DNA of 64,000 nt from Nitrospirota bacterium (GTDB taxonomy: Bacteria; Nitrospirota; Thermodesulfovibrionia; Thermodesulfovibrionales; JdFR-88). A model generated the notes under the pieces. The model made no database searches, had not been told where the DNA came from, and saw only the letters and a program-made list of their open reading frames with translations. Each line of letters opens with the position of its first letter. Position 1 is the first letter of the stretch. Positions 25,734 through 35,913 of the stretch are shown here, piece by piece. The translations under genes and the position numbers were made by a program. The DNA lies in the NCBI GenBank assembly GCA_014874185.1, contig JACWAF010000026.1:15256-79255 (forward strand). The letters are read 5' to 3'.

Positions 25734-26707
25734 TGAAAATAGCCGTTGTATATAACGAGCCCGATAAGGGGAGTCTCGACTCGATGGATATCCTGGACGA
25801 GCTGTCTACCGTAACCGGCGGATTGGACGGGCTCGGGCTGGATTACGAGGTCTTCCCCGTTGCCGCGGTCCCCGGCTTCTGCGCGGGGCTCCTCTCAGGT
25901 CTGGAAAAATTCTCTCCGGGGCTTGTCTTCAACCTGGTTGAGGGGGTGGGCGGGAATTACAGGCTTCACCCCGCGATGGCCGCCCTGTTCGAGATGGCGG
26001 GCTACCCGCACACCGGTTCCCCTTATGACGTGCTCCTTGCCACCACGGACAAAACGATGGCCAAGGGGATCATGAAGGCGCACGGCATAAAAACCCCTGA
26101 CTGGGAAATCTATAAAGGCGGCCCTTTCAGGCCACAGGTAAATACGCCCTGCATCGTGAAGCCCTCGTTCGAGGACGCCTCGGTGGGGATAGACGACAGC
26201 AGTCTGATAATCGATGCCGATGATCTGCTGGAAAAGGCCGGGAGCATCTACCGGAAATTTCACAGGCGGCCGGTGCTGATAGAGAGCTTCATCCCCGGCA
26301 GAGAGTTCAATGTCTCTCTCCTCGAAAAGCCGGACGGGGTGGAGGTCTTCCCCCTGGCCGAGATATTATTCACCAACTGGCCCGACAAAAAGCCAAAAAT
26401 AGTGAACTACAACGCCAAATGGGTGGAGGACTCTTTTGAATATCAGAACACACCCAGGACATTCGCGCCCGCTCCGGCCCCCTTTGGAGAGATAAGGGAA
26501 ACGGCGCTCAGGTGCTGGGACATATTTAACCTGCGGGGGTATGCGCGGGTGGACATGAGACTTGACGCGGAGGGCACCCCCTACGTTATCGAGGTAAACG
26601 CGAACCCCTGCATAGCGCCGTGGTCGGGCTATCTGGCCGCGGCCAAAGAGGCCGGCTGCGGGCCCCGGGATGTGATGAAGCGTATAATAGAGAGCGCCCT
26701 CTTATGA
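25733..26707 (+). CDS. second ATP-grasp ligase, D-alanine--D-alanine ligase-like family
   Basis: Contains 'DKTMAKGIMKAHGIKTPDW', 'PCIVKPSFEDASVGI', 'FIPGREFNVSLL' and 'PYVIEVNANPCI'. Its start overlaps the upstream stop (TGATG at 25731-25735). Confidence 0.75.
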   Translation: MKIAVVYNEPDKGSLDSMDILDELSTVTGGLDGLGLDYEVFPVAAVPGFCAGLLSGLEKFSPGLVFNLVEGVGGNYRLHPAMAALFEMAGYPHTGSPYDVLLATTDKTMAKGIMKAHGIKTPDWEIYKGGPFRPQVNTPCIVKPSFEDASVGIDDSSLIIDADDLLEKAGSIYRKFHRRPVLIESFIPGREFNVSLLEKPDGVEVFPLAEILFTNWPDKKPKIVNYNAKWVEDSFEYQNTPRTFAPAPAPFGEIRETALRCWDIFNLRGYARVDMRLDAEGTPYVIEVNANPCIAPWSGYLAAAKEAGCGPRDVMKRIIESALL

Positions 26708-27261
26708 GGATATCGGGCATCCGGAAGAAAATGGAGGCGTTGAAAGGCGTGCGCCTGCGCGATAACGTCAGGGTTGAAGACAAAAGGGCCGTGGCGGATA
26801 TCCTCTCGGCATCCGGGCTCTTCTATCCATATGAAATCGATGTGGCGATTGAATTGCTGGACGACTTTCTTGATAAAGGCAGGCAAAGCGAGTACCGGTT
26901 CCTCTTCGCGGATATCGGGGGCGGGGCGGCAGGGTACGCGTGCTTCGGGCCAATCTCGATGTCTCCGGGCAGGTTCGATCTTTACTGGATAGCCGTAGAC
27001 AAGAAGCATCAGAGGAAAGGGATCGGGGGGCTGCTCCTCTCCGGGGCTGAAAAGAAAATGGCGGCAGAGGGGGCCGGATACATCTATGTAGAGACCTCTT
27101 CAAGAGAGGTTTACCTGCCCACCCGGCGCTTCTATGAAAAGCACGGGTATCGTCAGGTCGCCTGCGTGCCGGAGTACTTTGGCGACGGCGACCACAAGAT
27201 CATCTACATGAACTCCATTAAAAAGTCTCTTGACACCTTTTTGGGAAGTTATAAAATTTAA
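26704..27261 (+). CDS. GNAT-family N-acetyltransferase
   Basis: 'LYWIAVDKKHQRKGIGGLLLSGAEK' is the acetyl-CoA binding Q/RxxGxG/A motif. Its ATGA start overlaps the upstream stop. Confidence 0.8.
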   Translation: MRISGIRKKMEALKGVRLRDNVRVEDKRAVADILSASGLFYPYEIDVAIELLDDFLDKGRQSEYRFLFADIGGGAAGYACFGPISMSPGRFDLYWIAVDKKHQRKGIGGLLLSGAEKKMAAEGAGYIYVETSSREVYLPTRRFYEKHGYRQVACVPEYFGDGDHKIIYMNSIKKSLDTFLGSYKI

Positions 27262-27263
27262 CT

Positions 27264-27836
27264 ATGAAAAAGATACTGCTTCTTCTCATGGCTCTGGCGC
27301 TTTTGGCATCCTGCGCTCCGGTCCTGAACAAGGGGCTTATGAGAGAAGGGACCAGGAACCCTTCCTTCCAGAGCCTGCTCGATAACCCCGGCATGTACAA
27401 GGGGAAACTCTTTATCATGGGCGGCATTATAGCAAGCACCAAAATAACGCCTGAGGGCTCGCTCATCGAGGCCCTCTATGTGCCGGTGGACAGTTCCGGA
27501 GAGCTGAAGGACAAATACGGCGAGCAGGGCAGGTTCCTGGCGCTCCTCCCGAAGGACAAGGGCATGCTGGATCCGATGATTTACAAGAAGAACCGCGCGA
27601 TAACCCTTGCGGGCACTTACATGGGCACCCGGACAACCAAAATAGACACCACCGACGTCGCCCTTCCCTTCTTCAATATAGTGCAGATATATCTCTGGAG
27701 GGAAGAGGCCTACTATGCGTATCCCTATTCCTATTATCCGTATTATGGCTATCCCTACTATCCGTACTACTATAACTATCCCTTCTGGTGGGAAAGGCCC
27801 TATAACAGGTTCTACGGGCCTCCGTACTGGTATTAG
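27264..27836 (+). CDS. Slp-family outer-membrane lipoprotein with Tyr/Pro-rich C-terminal tail
   Basis: It has a signal peptide with lipobox LLASC. 'KLFIMGGIIASTKITPEGSLIEALYVPVDSSGEL...GRFLALL...DPMIYKKNRAITLAG' fits the Slp family. The tail reads 'YYAYPYSYYPYYGYPYYPYYYNYPFWWERPYNRFYGPPYWY'. Confidence 0.7.
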   Translation: MKKILLLLMALALLASCAPVLNKGLMREGTRNPSFQSLLDNPGMYKGKLFIMGGIIASTKITPEGSLIEALYVPVDSSGELKDKYGEQGRFLALLPKDKGMLDPMIYKKNRAITLAGTYMGTRTTKIDTTDVALPFFNIVQIYLWREEAYYAYPYSYYPYYGYPYYPYYYNYPFWWERPYNRFYGPPYWY

Positions 27837-27914
27837 CAGCCTGCGATTACATCCTTCTCAGCTGGCTCTTCCGGCTCTCTATTCTTAAAAAATCCTTTCA
27901 TATTGCCCTCTTTG

Positions 27915-27944
27915 TTGACACGGGCGCGGCCTAATCCTTATACT
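27915..27944 (+). promoter_or_regulatory. sigma-70-type promoter (TTGACA-18 nt-TATACT) directly in front of the TPR gene
   Basis: A perfect -35 hexamer and a 5/6 -10 hexamer. The -10 ends 9 nt before the ATG at 27954, so the leader would be very short or absent. Confidence 0.45.
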
Positions 27945-27953
27945 CAAGCCTGT

Positions 27954-28658
27954 ATGGATTTCAAGGAGACCTACAGGGAGGCCGAGGCCCTCTTCGATGA
28001 GGGGAACTATCAAGAGGCGGAGCCCCTCCTGCGGGAAATAATCAAACGGAATCCGGGATACCCCGATGTCCTGAACAAACTTGGCGTTATATCCTCGCTG
28101 AAGGGCAGCATGAAAGAGGCCGCCGGGTATTTCGAGCTGGCCCTCAAGCAGAACCCCAATTACACGGAAGCCTCACTGAACCTGGCCATCACTTATAATG
28201 AAATGAATGAGTTCATAAAGGCACGGGACATATTCGCCAAGGCCGCTCAGATCGCCCATCCCTCGCCTGCGGCATTGGACCCGTTCGTCCGCGGGAAGCT
28301 TGCCAACGAGCATTTCAAACTGGGCAACAAATATATGGATTACGCCCTGTACGAGGAGGCCATCGAGGAATACAAGAAGGCCCTCCGGCTGAGAAGGGAC
28401 CTTGTGGACGTGCGCACCAGGCTGGGCATAGCCTTCCGCAATAAAGAGATGTTCGACGAGGCCGTAAGCCAGTTCACAATGGCCAAGGAGCTGAACCCCG
28501 CTTACGGCACGGCGTGGGTGCAGCTGGGGCTTACTTACTATATGCAGGGCCTTACGGGGCTTGCCATAGAAGAATGGGAGACCGCCTTGAGACAGAACCC
28601 AGGCCTTAAGGAGGCCCGCACCTATCTGAAACTGCTCAGGGAGAAGGAACAGTCCTAG
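27954..28658 (+). CDS. TPR-repeat protein
   Basis: Several 34-aa TPR units (e.g. 'YQEAEPLLREIIKRNPGYPDVLNKLGVI', 'YEEAIEEYKKALRLRRDLVDVRTRLGIAF'). I prefer the ATG at 27954 to the TTG at 27903. Confidence 0.75.
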   Translation: MDFKETYREAEALFDEGNYQEAEPLLREIIKRNPGYPDVLNKLGVISSLKGSMKEAAGYFELALKQNPNYTEASLNLAITYNEMNEFIKARDIFAKAAQIAHPSPAALDPFVRGKLANEHFKLGNKYMDYALYEEAIEEYKKALRLRRDLVDVRTRLGIAFRNKEMFDEAVSQFTMAKELNPAYGTAWVQLGLTYYMQGLTGLAIEEWETALRQNPGLKEARTYLKLLREKEQS

Positions 28659-28660
28659 AA

Positions 28661-29629
28661 GTGCCCCTCCTTGAAGTCCGCAACCTGAATATCTCCTTCA
28701 AATCCGCAAAGGGAGAGACCAGAGTAGTCAACGACCTGAGCCTTGAGATTGAAAAAGGCTCGCTCTTCGGCCTGGCGGGCGAGTCCGGCTCCGGCAAGTC
28801 CCTCACCGCCCTCTCCATAATGGGCATTCTCCCGCAAGGGGCAAGGGCAACTGGAGAGATATTCTTTGGTGGCAGAGACCTTCTCCGCCTCCCGCAGGAC
28901 CAGATGCGCTCTATCCGGGGGAAGGAGATATCGATGGTGTTCCAGGAGCCGATGACCTCGCTGAACCCGGTGCTGAAGGTGGGCTATCAGCTCAGGGAGG
29001 CCATGCTCGCGCACCTGCCCATATCGAAAAAAGAGGCCGATGAGCGCGCGCGCCGATTGCTTAAGTCCGTAAAGATCCCGCTGCCCGAGGTGCGCATGAA
29101 CGACTACCCGCACCAGCTTTCGGGCGGGATGCGGCAGAGGGTGATGATAGCCATGGCGATCTCATGCGGGCCGGCCCTGCTTATAGCTGACGAGCCCACC
29201 ACCGCCCTCGATGTCACCATAGAGGCCCAGATACTTGAGCTTATAGACAACCTGAGGAAAGAGCATGACCTTGCCGTGCTCCTCATAACGCACGACCTGG
29301 GCACGATCGCCGAGAACGCCCAGACCGTGGGCGTCATGTACGCGGGACGGCTGGTGGAGCTGTCCCCTGTCCGGGAGATATTCTACTCTCCCAAACATCC
29401 TTATACGATAGGGCTGCTGGAAAGCATGCCCCGCAGGCGGGGCGAGCCCCTGAAGCCGATAGCCGGCTCCGTGCCGCCGCCCGACGCCCTTCCGCCTGGC
29501 TGCAAGTTCTCGGACAGGTGCAGGTACATGATCCCGCAATGCCAGAGGGTTGAACCCGCACTGAGAGAGCTTGCGCCCGGCCATCTCGCGCGGTGCATCC
29601 GCTCGGAGGAACTCGATTGGAAGCCCTGA
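28661..29629 (+). CDS. oligopeptide/dipeptide ABC transporter ATP-binding protein (OppD/DppD type)
   Basis: Walker A 'GESGSGKS', signature 'LSGGMRQRV', Walker B '[11 protein letters not shown]', and a C-terminal oligopeptide-type extension with Cys residues. Confidence 0.85.
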   Translation: MPLLEVRNLNISFKSAKGETRVVNDLSLEIEKGSLFGLAGESGSGKSLTALSIMGILPQGARATGEIFFGGRDLLRLPQDQMRSIRGKEISMVFQEPMTSLNPVLKVGYQLREAMLAHLPISKKEADERARRLLKSVKIPLPEVRMNDYPHQLSGGMRQRVMIAMAISCGPALLIADEPTTALDVTIEAQILELIDNLRKEHDLAVLLITHDLGTIAENAQTVGVMYAGRLVELSPVREIFYSPKHPYTIGLLESMPRRRGEPLKPIAGSVPPPDALPPGCKFSDRCRYMIPQCQRVEPALRELAPGHLARCIRSEELDWKP

Positions 29630-30591
29630 TAAAAGCAGAGGACATTAGAAAGCTCTACCCGGTGAAAAGGGGCGTCTTCGGAAAGACCGAATGGCTGAAG
29701 GCAGTGGACGGCGTGAGCATAAGCGTATCCGAAAACAGCGTGCTTGGGATAGTGGGCGAGTCCGGCTCCGGCAAGTCCACGCTGGCCAGGATCATAATGG
29801 CCCTGATAGAGCCCACCTCCGGCCGCGTCCTTTTCCAGGGCAGGGATGTCTTCGGGCTGAACAAGGCGGAACTGAAGGCGTTCCGGCGCGCCGTGCAGAT
29901 AATCTTCCAGGACCCGTTTGCTTCGTTGAACCCCCGCAGGACGGTCTTCGATACCATAGCCGAGCCGTTGAAGATACATCACCTGGCGCAAAACGGCGGC
30001 GTGCGGGACAGGGCGGTGCAGCTCCTTCGGGACGTGGGGCTTGGCCCGGAGGTGCTCACCCGCTACCCGCACGAGTTCAGCGGCGGCCAGCGCCAGCGCA
30101 TCTGCATAGCGCGCGCCCTTGCCGTGAGCCCCAGGCTCATCGTGGCGGACGAGCCGCTCTCCGCCCTGGACGTCTCCATACAGGCGCAGATATTAAACAT
30201 CCTCCGCGAACTCAAAGAGCGCGAACGCATCTCCTACATCTTCATAAGCCATGATTTGCGAGTGGTGGAGTACATAAGCGACGAGGTAGCGGTGATGTAC
30301 CTGGGCCGCATCGTGGAGCAGGCAGATGCCGAAGAACTGTTCAAAAGGCCCCTGCACCCGTACACGGAGGGGCTTCTGGCCTCCGTGCCGGAGCTTGTGC
30401 CCGGAAAGCCCAGGCGCCAGGCCCCGAAGGGGGATGTGCCAAGCCCCGTTGACATACCGCCTGGCTGCCCGTTCCATCCCCGCTGTCCGAAGCGCTTCGG
30501 GCCGTGCGATAAGATAGTGCCCCGGTTCACGTCTAGCCCACAAAGCGATGGGCGGCTTGTCGCCTGCCACCTCTGGAATCCGGCTGAGTAA
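29593..30591 (+). CDS. oligopeptide/dipeptide ABC transporter ATP-binding protein (OppF/DppF type)
   Basis: Walker A 'GESGSGKST', signature 'FSGGQRQRI', Walker B 'IVADEPLSALD' and C-terminal '...PPGCPFHPRCP...LVACHLW'. The exact start is uncertain. Confidence 0.85.
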   Translation: MHPLGGTRLEALIKAEDIRKLYPVKRGVFGKTEWLKAVDGVSISVSENSVLGIVGESGSGKSTLARIIMALIEPTSGRVLFQGRDVFGLNKAELKAFRRAVQIIFQDPFASLNPRRTVFDTIAEPLKIHHLAQNGGVRDRAVQLLRDVGLGPEVLTRYPHEFSGGQRQRICIARALAVSPRLIVADEPLSALDVSIQAQILNILRELKERERISYIFISHDLRVVEYISDEVAVMYLGRIVEQADAEELFKRPLHPYTEGLLASVPELVPGKPRRQAPKGDVPSPVDIPPGCPFHPRCPKRFGPCDKIVPRFTSSPQSDGRLVACHLWNPAE

Positions 30592-30601
30592 GGGTTGATC
30601 G

Positions 30602-30923
30602 GGTCACCCGTGGGCGGGTGACTCCCACGAAAATAAGATAGTGCCCCGGTTCACGTCTAGCCCACAAAGCGATGGGCGGGTGACTCCCACGAAAAGTTAT
30701 GAAACCCGGCGGAGTCCGGTCCTTATCCAGTCCCCTCTTGGGAGGGGTGCAGGGGTGGGTTGTTTGTTCCGTCATTCCGGCGAAAGCCGGAATCTAGCGA
30801 CTTTGCTTTTTTCCCGTTTAAGAGAACTCCCTTTAAGATAAAAAGAAAAGGAACTCCGCTGAATCGGTCTTGTCTTTAGCCAAATATAAAATTTCCGTGG
30901 GAGTCACCCGCCCACGGGTGACC
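30602..30923. repeat. 322-bp composite repeat region bounded by perfect 28-bp inverted repeats
   Basis: GGTCACCCGTGGGCGGGTGACTCCCACG at 30602-30629 equals the reverse complement of 30896-30923. The interior holds a 47-bp copy of the oppF 3' end, a 34-bp 'F2' repeat (30729-30762) and an 'F1' hairpin (30771-30803). Confidence 0.85.
30633..30679 (+). repeat. 47-bp perfect direct duplicate of the oppF 3' coding sequence (30509-30555)
   Basis: ATAAGATAGTGCCCCGGTTCACGTCTAGCCCACAAAGCGATGGGCGG occurs identically at both positions. Confidence 0.9.
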
Positions 30924-30937
30924 TATAAAAAAATAAT

Positions 30938-31423
30938 TTACAGCAGTCCTTCTATCGTCTTCTTCAAATCCGGGGCGTCGAACTCGCCCAGGTAGCGCTT
31001 CTTGACGTTCCCGTTCTTGTCTATCACGAACGTGACGGGGACGAACGCGACACCGAAGCTCCTGAATGCCTGCATGTTCTGGTCCAGCAGGACTGGGTAG
31101 GGGATTGGGTGGCTTTTGAGGAAAGAATTCACTTCGGCCTCGCCCTCGCTGGCTATCCCAAGCACCTTCAGGCCTTTGGGCGAATAGGTGTTATATATCT
31201 TTATCAGAGAGGGTATCTCCTCGCGGCAGGGCGGGCACCATGTGCCCCAGAAGTTCACGACCACCACGTTTCCCTTCAGCGCCTGCAGTGAGACGAACTT
31301 CCCGTCCACCCCCCTGAGCACCACCTCCGGGGCGGGCTGCCCCTCTTCCAGGGCGCTGGCAAGCCCGGCAAAGAGAGGCGACGTGAGGAGCACCAGAACC
31401 AGGGGAAATATCCACTTGCGCAT
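30938..31423 (-). CDS. TlpA/ResA-like periplasmic thiol:disulfide oxidoreductase
   Basis: 'VNFWGTWCPPCREEIP' is a thioredoxin CxxC motif and there is an N-terminal signal/anchor. I prefer the ATG at 31423. Confidence 0.8.
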   Translation of the reverse strand: MRKWIFPLVLVLLTSPLFAGLASALEEGQPAPEVVLRGVDGKFVSLQALKGNVVVVNFWGTWCPPCREEIPSLIKIYNTYSPKGLKVLGIASEGEAEVNSFLKSHPIPYPVLLDQNMQAFRSFGVAFVPVTFVIDKNGNVKKRYLGEFDAPDLKKTIEGLL

Positions 31424-31584
31424 AAGGCCAGTATAACAGAAAATTATATGTCGAAGAAAGGGTGCATGGCGCTTTCCGGCGCGCGAAATTGCTTGACAGA
31501 AATCCACGTTATAGTGTAATTTAACTGACTCTAGTTAAAGGGGCGTTGCCCCTGGATGTCTGAGGAACCAAGGAGGGTAGGGAT

Positions 31585-31992
31585 TTGCATGCTTTAGGTA
31601 AACACTTGTTAGTGGACTTGAGAGACTGCAGGCCTGAGGCCATCAGGGACCTGGGCCTTGTAAAGGACGCGATGGTCAGGGCAGCAAAAGCGGCGTCCGC
31701 CACGATAGTAGACGTTTCCTTCCACGAATTCAGTCCCTTCGGCATCAGCGGAATGGTAGTCATAGCCGAATCACACCTCAGCATACACACCTGGCCGGAG
31801 TACGGCTACGCGGCTGTTGACATCTTCACATGCGGAGACCTGATAGACCCCGAGAAAGCGGCGGCTTACCTGATAGAGCGGTTCGAGAGCAGGAACCCCC
31901 AGGTAATGGAAATGAAGAGGGGCATCCTGCCGCCTTTCAACGAGAGATTGCCCCACAAGGTTTCCGGAGATGCGGTTGACAGCTATGTGTAA
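31585..31992 (+). CDS. speH: S-adenosylmethionine decarboxylase proenzyme (small bacterial/archaeal type)
   Basis: 'VVIAESHLSIHTWPEYGYAAVDIFTCG' carries the self-cleavage E-S site. The start is a TTG with a GGAGGG SD. Confidence 0.85.
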   Translation: MHALGKHLLVDLRDCRPEAIRDLGLVKDAMVRAAKAASATIVDVSFHEFSPFGISGMVVIAESHLSIHTWPEYGYAAVDIFTCGDLIDPEKAAAYLIERFESRNPQVMEMKRGILPPFNERLPHKVSGDAVDSYV

Positions 31993-32003
31993 AAACTAAA
32001 ACC

Positions 32004-33218
32004 CTATCTGTCTTTTAAAACGGCAAGCCCGACCAGTTCCTTGCCTTCGAGGAGTTCCAGCGATGCTCCGCCCCCGGTGGATATGAACGATATCGAATCC
32101 GACACGCCCGCCCTGTGCACGGCGAGGTCGGTGTCGCCTCCGCCCACGATGGTAAGGGCGTAGGCGTCCGCCACGGCCCGGGCCACGGCGAAAGTGCCCC
32201 GGCTGAAGGCGTCCATCTCGAAGACCCCCATGGGGCCGTTCCAGATTACCGTCTTGGCGTTCTCAAGGGCCTCGGAAAACAGCCTCACCGAGGCGGGCCC
32301 TATGTCCAGGGCGCGCCAGCCCTTGGGAATCTCCTGCGTGGTCACAAGCTTCGTCTCGGCCTGCGGCTCTATCGAGTGCGCCACCACGCAGTCCACCGGC
32401 AGATAGAACTTCACGTTGTTTTTTATCAGGTTGGTCCTTATCCGCTCGGCCAGGTCCAGCATGTCGTTCTCAACCAGTGAGTCGCCCACCTCGTAGCCCA
32501 TCGCCTTTATGAAGGTGAAGGCCATTCCGCCGCCCACGATCACCTTGTCCACCTTGTCCATCAGGTTTTCGAGGACGCCTATCTTCCCCGATACCTTCGC
32601 GCCCCCGAGGATGGCAACGAACGGGCGCACGGGGTTGCTGACCACGCCTTTCAGGTAGCCCACTTCCTTTCTTAAAAGGAAGCCCGCCACGCCGGGGATG
32701 TATTTTGCGACGCCCACAACCGAGGCATGGGCGCGGTGGGCCGCGCCGAACGCGTCATTCACGTAGACGTCGGCCATTGAGGCGAGTTCCCTGGCGAAGT
32801 TGTCGTCATTGCCTTCTTCGCCCGGATCGAAGCGCAGGTTTTCAAGCAGTATCACATCGCCCGGCCTCATTTTGGTAACGGCCTCTTTCACCAGCGGGCC
32901 GGTTATATCGTGAAGGAACTGCACTTCCTTGTTCAGCAGGCGCTGAAGCCTCCTGGCCACGGGGGCCAGCGAGAGCTTCGGTTCCGGCTTTCCTTTGGGC
33001 CTGCCAAGATGGGAGCCAAGTATCACCCTGGCCCCCTCGTCTATAGCGTAATTTATGGTGGGCAGAGCGGAGCGGATGCGCCGGTCGTCGGTTATCATGA
33101 GGTTTTCGTCCAGGGGAACATTGAAGTCCACCCTGATGAAGACGCGCTTCCCCTTTATATCGATGTCTTCGATCGTAAGCTTGTTAAATTCCCCCTGCCC
33201 GAATCCTCCCCGTGCCAT
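32004..33218 (-). CDS. pgk: phosphoglycerate kinase
   Basis: Contains '[16 protein letters not shown]', '[11 protein letters not shown]' and '[14 protein letters not shown]'. The ATG at 33218 lies 2 nt after the gap stop. Confidence 0.95.
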   Translation of the reverse strand: MARGGFGQGEFNKLTIEDIDIKGKRVFIRVDFNVPLDENLMITDDRRIRSALPTINYAIDEGARVILGSHLGRPKGKPEPKLSLAPVARRLQRLLNKEVQFLHDITGPLVKEAVTKMRPGDVILLENLRFDPGEEGNDDNFARELASMADVYVNDAFGAAHRAHASVVGVAKYIPGVAGFLLRKEVGYLKGVVSNPVRPFVAILGGAKVSGKIGVLENLMDKVDKVIVGGGMAFTFIKAMGYEVGDSLVENDMLDLAERIRTNLIKNNVKFYLPVDCVVAHSIEPQAETKLVTTQEIPKGWRALDIGPASVRLFSEALENAKTVIWNGPMGVFEMDAFSRGTFAVARAVADAYALTIVGGGDTDLAVHRAGVSDSISFISTGGGASLELLEGKELVGLAVLKDR

Positions 33219-33220
33219 GG

Positions 33221-35516
<2,296 letters not shown>

Positions 35517-35649
35517 TCTCCTGGAAAAGTACCCAATATATTAGCACTAAACCATCAGGATTTCAAATAAAAACAATGCATTTGACTACTCCGGGGCGCT
35601 GGGGTATAAATGGGATAGATGATTCTGAAATTTACCTGATTCAGGCGAA

Positions 35650-35860
35650 AAGACAGCCGTTGGCGGGTTCAAGTTTGCAACTTGGACCCGGATAGTTTGC
35701 TTTCAGATGGCCTGAATTCAGGGTTCAGGTTACAAACAAGAAGGATATTCAAAGGCAAAAGTCGCTGGATTCCGGGTCAAGCCCGGAATGACCAGACAAA
35801 AGTGGCCATAGGTTTTTCGGGGGTATGGGGGCTGTAGCCCCCATACAGAAAAAAGGGGTG
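35650..35860. repeat. intergenic repeat cluster (degenerate MITE-end copies, F1 hairpin, GC hairpin)
   Basis: GCGGGTTCAAGTTTGCAAC (compare the MITE end at 55521). The F1 unit AAGTCGCTGGATTCCGGGTCAAGCCCGGAATGAC is at 35759-35792. The hairpin GTATGGGGGC-TGTA-GCCCCCATAC is also present. Confidence 0.7.
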
Positions 35861-35913
35861 GCGGGCGGGAATAGATAAATAAATCTTTGCCTTTGTCCTT
35901 TGCGGAGCATAGA

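Noticed and set aside
30641-30841. 66-aa ORF 'MPRFTSSPQSDGRVTPT...SPLGRGAGVGCLFRHSGESRN'
   Set aside because: It is translated from the duplicated oppF fragment plus F2 and F1 repeat units. The same kind of repeat-derived pseudo-ORFs occur at 37168-37374, 35730-36077, 47122-47508, 48052-48286 and 50730-51083.
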